Of a stretch of 22,963 nt of DNA, positions 9,180-16,803 are shown in pieces. The translations under genes were made by a program, and so were the position numbers. How positions within the stretch are numbered: the stretch's first letter is position 1; each line of letters opens with the position of its first letter. The notes below the pieces were generated by a model. That model was given only the letters and a program-made list of their open reading frames with translations. It ran no database searches and was not told where the DNA came from. The DNA is taken from contig JADCJJ010000554.1 of the NCBI GenBank assembly GCA_020247085.1, positions 1 through 22,963 on the forward strand, written 5' to 3'. This DNA comes from Myxococcaceae bacterium (GTDB taxonomy: Bacteria > Myxococcota > Myxococcia > Myxococcales > Myxococcaceae).

Positions 9180-9252
9180 TCCTCGATAGCTCAGTCGGTA
9201 GAGCGGCGGACTGTTAATCCGTAGGTCCCTGGTTCGAGCCCAGGTCGAGGAG
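9180..9252 (+). tRNA. tRNA-Asn (anticodon GTT)
   Basis: TCCTCGATAGCTCAGTCGGTAGAGCGGCGGACTGTTAATCCGTAGGTCCCTGGTTCGAGCCCAGGTCGAGGAG folds as a canonical cloverleaf. The acceptor stem is TCCTCGA/TCGAGGA, the anticodon loop is CUGUUAA and the T-loop is GGTTCGAGCC. It is near-identical in layout to E. coli tRNA-Asn. CCA is not encoded. Confidence 0.92.
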
Positions 9253-9262
9253 CTACTGAAGA

Positions 9263-9292
9263 GCGTCTGCCAACCGGCAGGCGCTTTTTTGT
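9263..9292 (+). terminator. Rho-independent terminator after tRNA-Asn
   Basis: Stem GCGTCTGCC (9263-9271), loop AACC, stem GGCAGGCGC (9276-9284; one G-U pair), followed by TTTTTTGTT. Confidence 0.65.
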
Positions 9293-9328
9293 TAACTGCT
9301 GGTCGGTCTTCTTCCCCGAGGGAAGCGC

Positions 9329-9460
9329 TCTCTGCGGGTCGCCCGCAGAGAATCTCGGTGAGCTCGGCGGGCCCGTTTTGGACAGCGAGACTCTCGGTTC
9401 TCCGTCCCGCGCAGAGAGTCCGGAGATCGGCGTTTAACAGCTTCTGCTAAACGCTAAACG
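9329..9460 (+). promoter_or_regulatory. Cluster of hairpin, palindromes and direct repeats between tRNA-Asn and the HTH gene (candidate operator or att-arm sites)
   Basis: A 10-bp perfect hairpin has arms at 9329-9338 and 9342-9351 with loop TCG. The palindrome GAGAnTCTC occurs at 9348-9356 and 9387-9395, inside the longer direct repeat (C)GCAGAGAnTCTCGG. A degenerate third copy lies at 9410-9423. CGTTTA (9431-9436) is inverted relative to TAAACG at 9448-9453 and 9455-9460, where GCTAAAC is tandemly repeated. Confidence 0.3.
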
Positions 9461-9640
9461 TTGGGGCGCTGGAAGCTGCTGGAATCACGACTGGTTCGCA
9501 GGTGGCTTCGCTCAGGGTCGAAAGGCGCCGACGGCGAACCACCCACCTCAGAATCGATGTCGTGCGGCCGAGAGAACGAAGAGCGTGGCGTCCCTCAGTT
9601 GGGCGTCGCCTCGAAACCGCGACCGTGGCTCAATTCAGGA

Positions 9641-10414
9641 ATGGCCTCCTCGTCGACGCCGGTGCCCGTGGACATCGAGTTGGAACTGAAGCTGCTCCGC
9701 CTGCAGCTCGGCGAGCTCAGTGCGCTGATGACCCGCCACCATCGCCCTGCTGAGGCCGTCGACTTTGGCGAGGCTGGCCGGCTCTTGGGCTTCTCCTCAG
9801 TCAGCGTGCGGAGGCTGGTCGCCAACGGGACCCTGAGGGCGGTGCCCATCGGGGCTCGGCTCCGAATCCCCGTGTCGGAGATTCGAGCGCTCGTTGTGAT
9901 GGGTGTGCCTGAGCGTTCCCGCTGGGGGAAGCGACTCGCTCGACCCGAACCCTACGATGCCGCCGCCGAGGCCGAGAAGCTGCGAGTGCTACGTCGCACG
10001 CGACGAGGCATCGCGGCTCCGCCGCCCGAGCCGATCCGGCCACCGCCCCCGCCGCCGACAGACAAAGAGTGGGTGGAGCTTCGTTCGATTCGCGCGGAGG
10101 TCGATGAACTCAAGGCCGCTCTCGAGCAGGTGACGGCGCCAGTGCGGGCGATCACCCTTCAAGAGGCCGCCCGCAGGCTGTCCCTCGGGAAGACCACACT
10201 CCGTCAGTTGGTCGCGAAACGTGCGGTTCGCGCGGTGATCGTCGGCAACCGACGCATGATTCCAACGTCTGAAGTCGAGCGCCTGACTGCCCTTCCCCCG
10301 AAGCCCAGCGCGTCGGCGCCCGACGCATCCAGGGCTGCCGCCCGCGAGGCTGAGCGCGCTGCACGAGAACGAGAGCGCGCGTGGCTCAAGCTGAAGGCAC
10401 GCGGCTTCATCTGA
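9641..10414 (+). CDS. DNA-binding protein with two excisionase/MerR-type HTH domains separated by a Pro-rich linker
   Basis: VDFGEAGRLLGFSSVSVRRLVANGTLRAVPIGARLRIPVSEIRALV and ITLQEAARRLSLGKTTLRQLVAKRAVRAVIVGNRRMIPTSEVERL both fit the excisionase-family HTH consensus. Each is preceded by a short coiled-coil-like segment. The linker is PPPEPIRPPPPPPT. The start is uncertain: the track uses TTG 9461, while ATG 9641 is preferred because the upstream 60 codons look non-coding. Confidence 0.7.
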   Translation: MASSSTPVPVDIELELKLLRLQLGELSALMTRHHRPAEAVDFGEAGRLLGFSSVSVRRLVANGTLRAVPIGARLRIPVSEIRALVVMGVPERSRWGKRLARPEPYDAAAEAEKLRVLRRTRRGIAAPPPEPIRPPPPPPTDKEWVELRSIRAEVDELKAALEQVTAPVRAITLQEAARRLSLGKTTLRQLVAKRAVRAVIVGNRRMIPTSEVERLTALPPKPSASAPDASRAAAREAERAARERERAWLKLKARGFI

Positions 10415-10415
10415 T

Positions 10416-11024
10416 TCAGCGCAACGGTGCCCGTTCGTTACCGAGGTTGAGAAACCAGATCTTTCGCTCGCGGGTCGGCACGAAGCCGCGGTCTTTGAGC
10501 GTCCTCGCGATGCCGATGCTCTCCCAGTTCGCCTGGCAGTAGACCGCGCCGAAGCACGCGCGCCCGTACTGGGCGAAGATGTTCTCGAGTGCGTGGCGCA
10601 CGACCTCGAACGCATCTTCACAAGGGCCGACCTCGATCAGCTCGACGTAGATGAGGTCGCCGTTGTCGATGACATTGAGTTCGTCGCGAAGCACTCCATC
10701 TTCGTCGTAGAGCGCCTCGAAGATCGCGAGGTGATCGGCGCTCTCCGCGTCGAACACCTCCATCAGCGATGGGCGCTCGCCCCACGCCGAAGTGGCCAGG
10801 ACCTGAAACTCGATGGTGGCGACCTTCTCCGCCGTCTCGTCGAGTTCACCGTCCGCCGAGGAGCGCAAGATGCTCGCCATGAAGCGCCGGATGAAGTCGC
10901 CCGGCTCGTTGTCGATGCGAAGCGCTGTCGTCCCCTCGTGCTCGATGCGCACGAAGAGTTCGTCAGCGTCGAAGTGGTTCACGTTGATCTCTGATTCGCG
11001 CTCGGCCTGCCGCTCGGTGTTCAC
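10416..11024 (-). CDS. Hypothetical acidic protein (weak GNAT-like pattern in the C-terminal third)
   Basis: The track ORF is 10416-11093. I prefer the GTG at 11024, which is preceded by AGGGAGA at good spacing. The protein is Asp/Glu-rich with no recognised motifs. Its stop lies 1 nt from the convergent HTH gene stop. Confidence 0.55.
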   Translation of the reverse strand: MNTERQAERESEINVNHFDADELFVRIEHEGTTALRIDNEPGDFIRRFMASILRSSADGELDETAEKVATIEFQVLATSAWGERPSLMEVFDAESADHLAIFEALYDEDGVLRDELNVIDNGDLIYVELIEVGPCEDAFEVVRHALENIFAQYGRACFGAVYCQANWESIGIARTLKDRGFVPTRERKIWFLNLGNERAPLR

Positions 11025-11163
11025 GTCCGTCTCCCTGGCTGGGCCCAATCGCCCACGCCAAGGATCTACCGCGCGAGTCCGACATGTGACCAAGCCAACA
11101 CCGCAACCCGCTGAAATTGCTCGGTCACCTTGCTCCGTATGGAAGACGGAATCCCGAACAACT

Positions 11164-14097
11164 TCAGCGACGCGCTCCGTACCGTTCGGCCCGCCGTCGA
11201 AACGCCTCCTCCCCTCCCTCGAGGTACTGGCAAACGACCGACCGAACCTGCGAGTCCTCGAGGCCGCCAGCGGAGTAGGAGATGCTGGGCAATCCCTCGC
11301 CTGAGGTACGCATTGCCTCCGCGACGATGACCTGGTCCGAATCGGTGTTCACAACCAGGTTCGCGTTGTGCGTAACCATGATGATCTGACGTCGGCGAGC
11401 CGCGTCCCTGAAGAAGGGAACTAGCGACGAGTACACCGACTTCGGGTCGAGGTTCTCCTCGGGCTGGTCGATCACGAGAGGCCTCTCGTCCGACTCGTCA
11501 ATCGCCAAGTAGAGCGTGAGGAGAAGCACTCCCCGCGCCCCGGGCGACAGCTTCGCCAGTTCGACGTCCTCGTACCGAATGCCGTAGCGAACTGAGATGT
11601 GCTGGGTCGAGTAGATCCACTCACCAAAGTCTTTCGGCGTGGCGCCCTGTCTCAGCGCCTGCAGCGCCGGTTCCCCGAACTCCGAGAGGAACTTGCCGAT
11701 CGACTCCCACGCCTCCGCTGGACCACCTGAGCGCCAAGCAGCGAGGAGCAGTCGGTTCGCAGCAGCCTCCAACGAGCCTCGGCCTTGAAACGGAAGCCGG
11801 CGCAGGTCGAGAATCTGTTCACCGCGGCGAACCCACGCGTGCAGATCCACTTGTCGCGTCACAAAGAACGAGAGTTTCGCGAGCCTTGGTTCCGCAAGAA
11901 GTCGCGCTCGAAGCGGCGCGTAGAGGGACTGGAGTACCTCCGCCTCGGCAACGATCGTCTCGAAGATCCGTCCGTAGGCTTGGTTGCGGTCCTGCTGAGC
12001 CGCCTTGATTCTCTCGGACGCGCCCCTGGCTTCATCGAGGGTCGCACGGCTACGCGCTTCATCGACCCGAAGGCTCTGGACCTTACGCTCAAGATCACCG
12101 CGCCTCTTGGTTCGAGCGTCGTCTTCGCCGAGAGTCTTTTTCGCCGCGTCCACGGCCGCGACGAGCGCTGCCAATCCCTGGGATGGGCCCCCCGCTGGCG
12201 TTGGCACAACGCCATGCTGGCGCAAGCGAGCTACTTCATCCTTGGCCTGTTGCTGGGTCTGAGCCAGCCGAGAGGTCGCCGCGTCATCCACTTTGGGTTT
12301 GAGCTGTTCCCACTCCGCTTGCGAAAGTATTGGCCCGTACTGGGCACTGAGGGCGACATGAAGCTCGTCCGCGTGGCGTGCGTTCCGCACCAATTGCGCC
12401 GATACCTCAGCGAGGGCCACGGCTCGCGCCTCCGCTTGGGCGATGGCGGTCTGCAATGCGGCCAACCGTTGAAACGCTGCAGCATGCGCTTGAACGTGAG
12501 CTGGGGGCGCGGATTGCGGGATGGCCGCGAGTTCCCTTTCCGCCCCTTCTCGAGCCCGAGTCGCCTCAGTCACTGCTGCTTCGAGCTTAGGAATCAGTTT
12601 CCTCTTCTCGTGCTCGTCCGCAATGGCCTCGGTCCGTCGCTGAATTGTCGCCGCTTGAGCGGTTCGATCCCCGAGGTGCTGGCCGAGCTTTAGGTCCCGC
12701 AGGTCACCGAAGGTGCTGCACTGAACTCGGTCCTCCTCTGGGAGCGCATCGAACACCACGCGCTCGATCTCGGCGAGCAACTCGTCAGCCGGCTCCCCCG
12801 CCCTCTCTTCGAAATCGTCGGCGCCCCATGCTCCGGACGCTGCCTGAACATTCCGCTGAGAGAGCCGTTCAACAAACTGCTGAGAGAGATATCGAACACG
12901 GGGTTCACCACCTGCGTCGCCGTAGCGACGTGTCACACGAACGCCGTCGCCCCACTCGAGTTCCACCTCCAAATTCCCGAGGTGCTCGGCGGCCTTTCGA
13001 AAGAACGACGCATTGCCTGGGTTGGCGTCCTGTGCGTCGCCCCCAAAGGCGACCAGGTCGGCGAGTGCTGTCTTCCCCGACCCGCGCGCGCCGACGACCG
13101 TCACCAAACCATCGTTCAGGGTCAACTCGTTGGGCGAGAGCCACGCTGCACCATTGATGCGGACGCATCGAATGACGTTTCCAGCGCTCGGCCCGAGGGG
13201 TGGGTTCGGTCCAATCTGCACTCGGCGGATGGGCTCAGCCAGCGTCTGGCGAAGGCCATCAAAGGTCGCGCGGGCCCGAATCCAGCAAAGACGTTCACCT
13301 TCGGGATTCAGGACGCGCGCGAGCGAATGGGCATCGCTCCCGTGCAGGCAAGGCTTGGTGACATAGCCACGCTTCTCGAAGTCTGGATGTTCGCCGGCCC
13401 AGAACTTCCGGTCGGCCGATTGCCCACTGAAGACCACGTCAGCAATCGCGCCGAGTTCCTCCCGGTGAGCACTGAAGGAGCCATCCTTCGATAGCCCTCC
13501 AAGTCCATCGCCTCCTGCCGCAACGCCGAACAATACGTTCTTCGAAACCCAAGGATCCTTCTTGAGACCAGCGAAGTCCTCGTACTCGACCAGGAAGACG
13601 GATGCGCCGGCACGAAGCGCGGCCTCGTCTGTCAGCGTCGTCTTCTTGTAGGCGCGACCGAGCCGGCGAAGGTCCTCCTCCGTGCATCGGAACTTTTCGC
13701 CATTGCCATAGGAGAACACCAATCCCTGCAGCTTGCTGGTGATGACCGCGAGGTGGTCGGGGTCATCTGGCGAGACAAGGAGGTGCACATTCAACGCGTT
13801 TCCGCGCTCCGTCCTGGTCTTCAGGCGCAGTTCCACGTTGGGGAAGACGAACAGATCCGCGGGCAACTTTCCGCCTGCACGCTCGCGAAAGAGCCTGTAG
13901 CCCCTCGGTACGAAGTAGTCGGTAATACCCAGCGCCGCTACGGCGGGGCGCGCCGAAAGAATCTGCGCGAAGTACGCGGCCCAGGTCGCGTCTTCAGTGT
14001 GATCGCCAAACCCATCCTCCTTGAGCGTGCCGGGCGCATGGATGTGAGGATCCCAGCGCTGCCAACTCGCACCAACAAGCCAAACGTCGCGCGCCAT
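11164..14097 (-). CDS. PHP-phosphoesterase / SMC-ABC-type ATPase fusion (PplA-like antiphage protein architecture)
   Basis: 977 aa. The N-terminal PHP motifs are WDPHIHAPGT (H-x-H), GITDYF, NVELR and HGSDAHS. Walker A is GARGSGKT (aa 336-343, nt 13069-13092). A long Ala/Glu/Arg-rich coiled-coil spans about aa 480-720. The C-terminal part has the signature-like LSPGARG, Walker B LVIDQPEENLD and IIMVTHN. Confidence 0.85.
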   Translation of the reverse strand: MARDVWLVGASWQRWDPHIHAPGTLKEDGFGDHTEDATWAAYFAQILSARPAVAALGITDYFVPRGYRLFRERAGGKLPADLFVFPNVELRLKTRTERGNALNVHLLVSPDDPDHLAVITSKLQGLVFSYGNGEKFRCTEEDLRRLGRAYKKTTLTDEAALRAGASVFLVEYEDFAGLKKDPWVSKNVLFGVAAGGDGLGGLSKDGSFSAHREELGAIADVVFSGQSADRKFWAGEHPDFEKRGYVTKPCLHGSDAHSLARVLNPEGERLCWIRARATFDGLRQTLAEPIRRVQIGPNPPLGPSAGNVIRCVRINGAAWLSPNELTLNDGLVTVVGARGSGKTALADLVAFGGDAQDANPGNASFFRKAAEHLGNLEVELEWGDGVRVTRRYGDAGGEPRVRYLSQQFVERLSQRNVQAASGAWGADDFEERAGEPADELLAEIERVVFDALPEEDRVQCSTFGDLRDLKLGQHLGDRTAQAATIQRRTEAIADEHEKRKLIPKLEAAVTEATRAREGAERELAAIPQSAPPAHVQAHAAAFQRLAALQTAIAQAEARAVALAEVSAQLVRNARHADELHVALSAQYGPILSQAEWEQLKPKVDDAATSRLAQTQQQAKDEVARLRQHGVVPTPAGGPSQGLAALVAAVDAAKKTLGEDDARTKRRGDLERKVQSLRVDEARSRATLDEARGASERIKAAQQDRNQAYGRIFETIVAEAEVLQSLYAPLRARLLAEPRLAKLSFFVTRQVDLHAWVRRGEQILDLRRLPFQGRGSLEAAANRLLLAAWRSGGPAEAWESIGKFLSEFGEPALQALRQGATPKDFGEWIYSTQHISVRYGIRYEDVELAKLSPGARGVLLLTLYLAIDESDERPLVIDQPEENLDPKSVYSSLVPFFRDAARRRQIIMVTHNANLVVNTDSDQVIVAEAMRTSGEGLPSISYSAGGLEDSQVRSVVCQYLEGGEEAFRRRAERYGARR

Positions 14098-14152
14098 GAA
14101 TCCCCCACCCCATCTAGACCTCCTCAGGATAGCCGAGGCGCGCCGCGTTCGA

Positions 14153-14395
14153 TCAGGCTTTGCGCGTGAGGCCCGTGCGGATCATCTCGTCGACGAGCGC
14201 TGCAGAGAGTTCGTCGTCGGTCTTGCCCGTGACCTTGAGCTCGACCAGTTCGAACTTCTTCGCGTTCGCCACCACCCAATCGATGTACTGCGCGAGGTTG
14301 AGGTGCTCGACGCCGAAGGCGATGTCCTTCATCGCCCGCACAATCTGAACCGGCGTCCCCTGGAACACCCGGTCGTCCCGCATGATGATCTTCAT
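14153..14395 (-). CDS. Hypothetical 80-aa protein, last gene of the amidoligase operon
   Basis: Start at the in-frame ATG at 14395 (MKIIMRDDRVFQG...), preceded by GGGAG. This ATG overlaps the upstream stop in ATGA (14392-14395). No recognised family. Confidence 0.6.
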   Translation of the reverse strand: MKIIMRDDRVFQGTPVQIVRAMKDIAFGVEHLNLAQYIDWVVANAKKFELVELKVTGKTDDELSAALVDEMIRTGLTRKA

Positions 14396-14757
14396 GACTT
14401 CGCTCCCTGGCGCGCACGCCAATCGCCCGAGCTGATGGTGGGTCGACCTGCGGCCTGCTCGGGCGAGAGGACGTAGGTTTCAGCAGTGCTGCCGTCGGCG
14501 AGAACGACCCGCCGGCGTTGATAGAACCGCGGATGCCCCTCGAGGACGTCGAGGCGCGCGAGCGTCGGTGGGTCGACCTCGTAGACCTCACCGCGCACGG
14601 CCGAGTCGCCGCCCTCGACCATTGCCGGGAAGAAGCCCAGGTCGGCGAGCGCGAACACGGGCTTCGTGACGGCCGCTCCGACCAGCTCGGCGTTCGCGAG
14701 CAGGCGGTGGTTCGGCTCGCCCTCGAGCAGCGTCCCGTAGACGAACACGCGCGTCAC
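14392..14757 (-). CDS. Gamma-glutamylcyclotransferase / AIG2-GGACT-fold protein (paralog 2)
   Basis: 121 aa. VFVYGTLLEGEPNH is the YGTL motif, and LDVLEGHPRFYQRR is the L-D-x-x-E-G...Y.R catalytic-Glu motif. The GTG start overlaps the upstream stop in GTGA (14754-14757). Confidence 0.85.
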   Translation of the reverse strand: MTRVFVYGTLLEGEPNHRLLANAELVGAAVTKPVFALADLGFFPAMVEGGDSAVRGEVYEVDPPTLARLDVLEGHPRFYQRRRVVLADGSTAETYVLSPEQAAGRPTISSGDWRARQGAKS

Positions 14758-15200
14758 GATGCGCCTCCGATGGCTGCCACGAGCCGCTCGAGCTCAAAGC
14801 CCCGCCGCGCGTACTCGCGCGCGAGCACCGCGAAGTACTTGGGCTGCGGAGTCCACGCCTCGAAGGTCTCCTCGGGCTGGAGGTACACGTGCGCCAGGCG
14901 TCGCGCGTCCTTCGTCACCACGAACCGCGTCTCGCGCACGTAGGCGTGGGGGTGGCCCTCCGCGCGGTCGAGCCGCTCGAGGTCGTCGGCGGGCAACCGG
15001 TACAGCACTCCCTCGACGCGCTCGCCGGCCGCGCGCCGCACGCTTGCGACCGCGCTGCTCCACTTGTGGCTGAAGCCTCCGAAGGTGAGCGCGTGGTTCG
15101 GCAGGGTCGCGTGGCCCATCGTCTTCGCGCCGGGGCAGCGCTCCAGCATCTGCCCCTCGTCGAGGTTCGAGCCGTAGGCGAAGTAGAGGACCGTCTTCAT
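14754..15200 (-). CDS. Gamma-glutamylcyclotransferase / AIG2-like protein (paralog 1)
   Basis: 148 aa from the in-frame ATG at 15200 ([18 protein letters not shown]...), with LDRAEGHPHAYVRE. The upstream 173 codons of the track ORF are shadow frame. The ATG overlaps the upstream stop in ATGA (15197-15200). Confidence 0.85.
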   Translation of the reverse strand: MKTVLYFAYGSNLDEGQMLERCPGAKTMGHATLPNHALTFGGFSHKWSSAVASVRRAAGERVEGVLYRLPADDLERLDRAEGHPHAYVRETRFVVTKDARRLAHVYLQPEETFEAWTPQPKYFAVLAREYARRGFELERLVAAIGGAS

Positions 15201-15517
15201 GCGCGCGCTCCATCGTACTGCTCGGTGGTGACTCGCTGGAGGACTGCGAGCCCGCGCTGCGCCTCGTCGTCGGTCGCGTGGAGCAACTCGAGGTAGACCC
15301 AGCCCGCGTTGTCCGCGCTCGCCGCGACCATCTGGGCAATCCAACCCTCGGCTTCCGGCGTCGCCAATTCGACCGCCGCCGCGAGCAAGTGAAGCGCCGC
15401 GTGGATTCTTCGGAAGCTGGTGCCCTGCGCGAACTTCACTTCGATGCGCGGCTCGGCGTGCCCGTACTGGCTCCGCGCCAGCGTGATTCGGTAGGCCTTC
15501 ACGTTCATCTCCTTCAT
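15197..15517 (-). CDS. Hypothetical 106-aa protein, second gene of the amidoligase operon
   Basis: Start at the in-frame ATG at 15517 ([20 protein letters not shown]...), overlapping the amidoligase stop in ATGA (15514-15517). Composition is coding-like. No recognised family. Confidence 0.6.
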   Translation of the reverse strand: MKEMNVKAYRITLARSQYGHAEPRIEVKFAQGTSFRRIHAALHLLAAAVELATPEAEGWIAQMVAASADNAGWVYLELLHATDDEAQRGLAVLQRVTTEQYDGARA

Positions 15518-16482
15518 GCCGCCACCGGGGTGGCAGGCGGCGTCTCGGTGTTGGTGGTGGCCTCGGGCGCCTGCGCCGCAGGGCGGTCTCGGCGCTCGCC
15601 CTTCCACGCCGCGCTGCCCGCGAGACGCTTCGTGAGGTGCAGGCGCGCGGTCTTGAACTCGTCGCCGATGAGGCCGAGCCCGAGGAGAAACACGCGGAAG
15701 TCGTACTTCGCGGTGGCAACGTTGAACTCGCGGCGCCTGCTGGAGGCCGCCTTCGAGCCGAGCGCCTTCGCAGCCATCGCGAGCACCAGCTGGAGGTACG
15801 CCTTCACCTCGCCAGCGTGGAGCGTGCCGTTGAAGTATCTGAACTCAATCGTGCCGCGGAAGAAGAGGCTGTTGAGGTTGAGCCCGTGGTACCGCGAGGA
15901 GTCGTACCGCTGCGGGTTCGGGTTGCTGCGGCCGTACCAGGCCTCGCTCAATTCGCGCATCGTGCGCGGGCGGCGGGCCTCCAGCCGCTCGATGAAGGCC
16001 GGGTCGATGGGGCGGCAGTACCGCTGCAGCCGCGTCTCGCTGACCCCGAGGGCGTGCTCCAGCAGCCGCTCCTGCTTGTGGACGTTCTTCACGAGGTTGG
16101 TGGTGCTCTTCGCGTCGAAGCGCGCGCCGTCGATGTGAATGTGAATTCCGGTGGAGTGGTCTGCGCGAGCCCCCGCCGTGCGGACCGCGCGGATGATGTT
16201 CTGGAGCGTGTCGAGGTCCGCGTAGGTGAGGACCGGCGAGACGATTTCACCGCTCTGCTCGCCGCCGTTGAGGCTGCCGTCGGGCACCACCTGCCATGCG
16301 CGGCCCGTCGCGTCGGTCACCCGCCAACCGCGTCCGTCGTTCACCACGTCGCCTCCGGTGACCGTCTGGATGGCGCGCGCGAGGCGCTCCCGGTTGAGGC
16401 CCACCGTTTCGATTTCGATGCCGTAGCGCAGCGTCTTCAAGTGCGATCCCGTTCCGCCGCGCTGGTTCGCGGCGAGGGACAT
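15514..16482 (-). CDS. Glutamine-synthetase/GCS2-like amidoligase (Amidoligase_2 family)
   Basis: 322 aa with [30 protein letters not shown] and [12 protein letters not shown], the motif set I associate with the putative amidoligase family. It has a low-complexity Pro/Thr/Ala C-terminal tail. SD AAGGAAG lies 5 nt before ATG 16482. Confidence 0.85.
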   Translation of the reverse strand: MSLAANQRGGTGSHLKTLRYGIEIETVGLNRERLARAIQTVTGGDVVNDGRGWRVTDATGRAWQVVPDGSLNGGEQSGEIVSPVLTYADLDTLQNIIRAVRTAGARADHSTGIHIHIDGARFDAKSTTNLVKNVHKQERLLEHALGVSETRLQRYCRPIDPAFIERLEARRPRTMRELSEAWYGRSNPNPQRYDSSRYHGLNLNSLFFRGTIEFRYFNGTLHAGEVKAYLQLVLAMAAKALGSKAASSRRREFNVATAKYDFRVFLLGLGLIGDEFKTARLHLTKRLAGSAAWKGERRDRPAAQAPEATTNTETPPATPVAA

Positions 16483-16572
16483 ACACGCTTCCTTCTGGCC
16501 GCCTCAGCAAGCGGAAGAAGTCGAATTCTGATGTAATTTCATGATGTTGGGGTGATGCGACGTTCCGCGGAG
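16483..16572 (-). promoter_or_regulatory. AT-rich spacer upstream of the amidoligase operon (probable promoter/RBS region)
   Basis: This is the only markedly AT-rich stretch in the area (gaattctgatgtaatttcatgatgtt). It contains the SD for the amidoligase. I could not assign clean -35/-10 hexamers. Confidence 0.3.
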
Positions 16573-16803
16573 TTACCGCCTCGGCCGCCCAGAACTGCGC
16601 CGATTTGGGCCTCTTTGGCGGGGGAAACCGGCCCGTCTCCCGGCCCTGAACGCGGCCATCAGCGCCGCCCGGAGCGAATACTTCGGGCACCACACCGCGA
16701 GCCCCGCGAGGTCGGTGGCGTCGACCTCGAAGTCTTCGATGTCGAGGAATCTGCGCGCGATCGAGAGCGCGATCTCTGAGCTTCGCGGGGCAGCCATCGT
16801 CAC
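16573..16803 (-). CDS. Small hypothetical protein, paralog of the 56-aa ORF at 17380-17550
   Basis: The GTG at 16803 overlaps the upstream stop (GTGA); an alternative ATG is at 16797. EIALSIARRFLDIEDFEVDATDLAGLAVW....LRAALMAAFRAG aligns with LADIAKKVLSIETLETRKMDSLDFHDVAVW.VKKALEAAYRAG from the 56-aa ORF. Confidence 0.5.
   Translation of the reverse strand: MTMAAPRSSEIALSIARRFLDIEDFEVDATDLAGLAVWCPKYSLRAALMAAFRAGRRAGFPRQRGPNRRSSGRPRR

Noticed and set aside
9461-9640. First 60 codons of the HTH ORF, from TTG 9461.
   Set aside because: The segment overlaps the repeat/operator-like region. It has poor GC3 bias and no similarity to the duplicated module. ATG 9641 is preferred, but the start remains uncertain.
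15201-15719. N-terminal extension of the 321-aa ORF (14754-15719).
   Set aside because: It is low-complexity Arg/Pro/Ser sequence overlapping the 106-aa gene and the amidoligase 3' end. The GGCT homology begins at [13 protein letters not shown] (ATG 15200).
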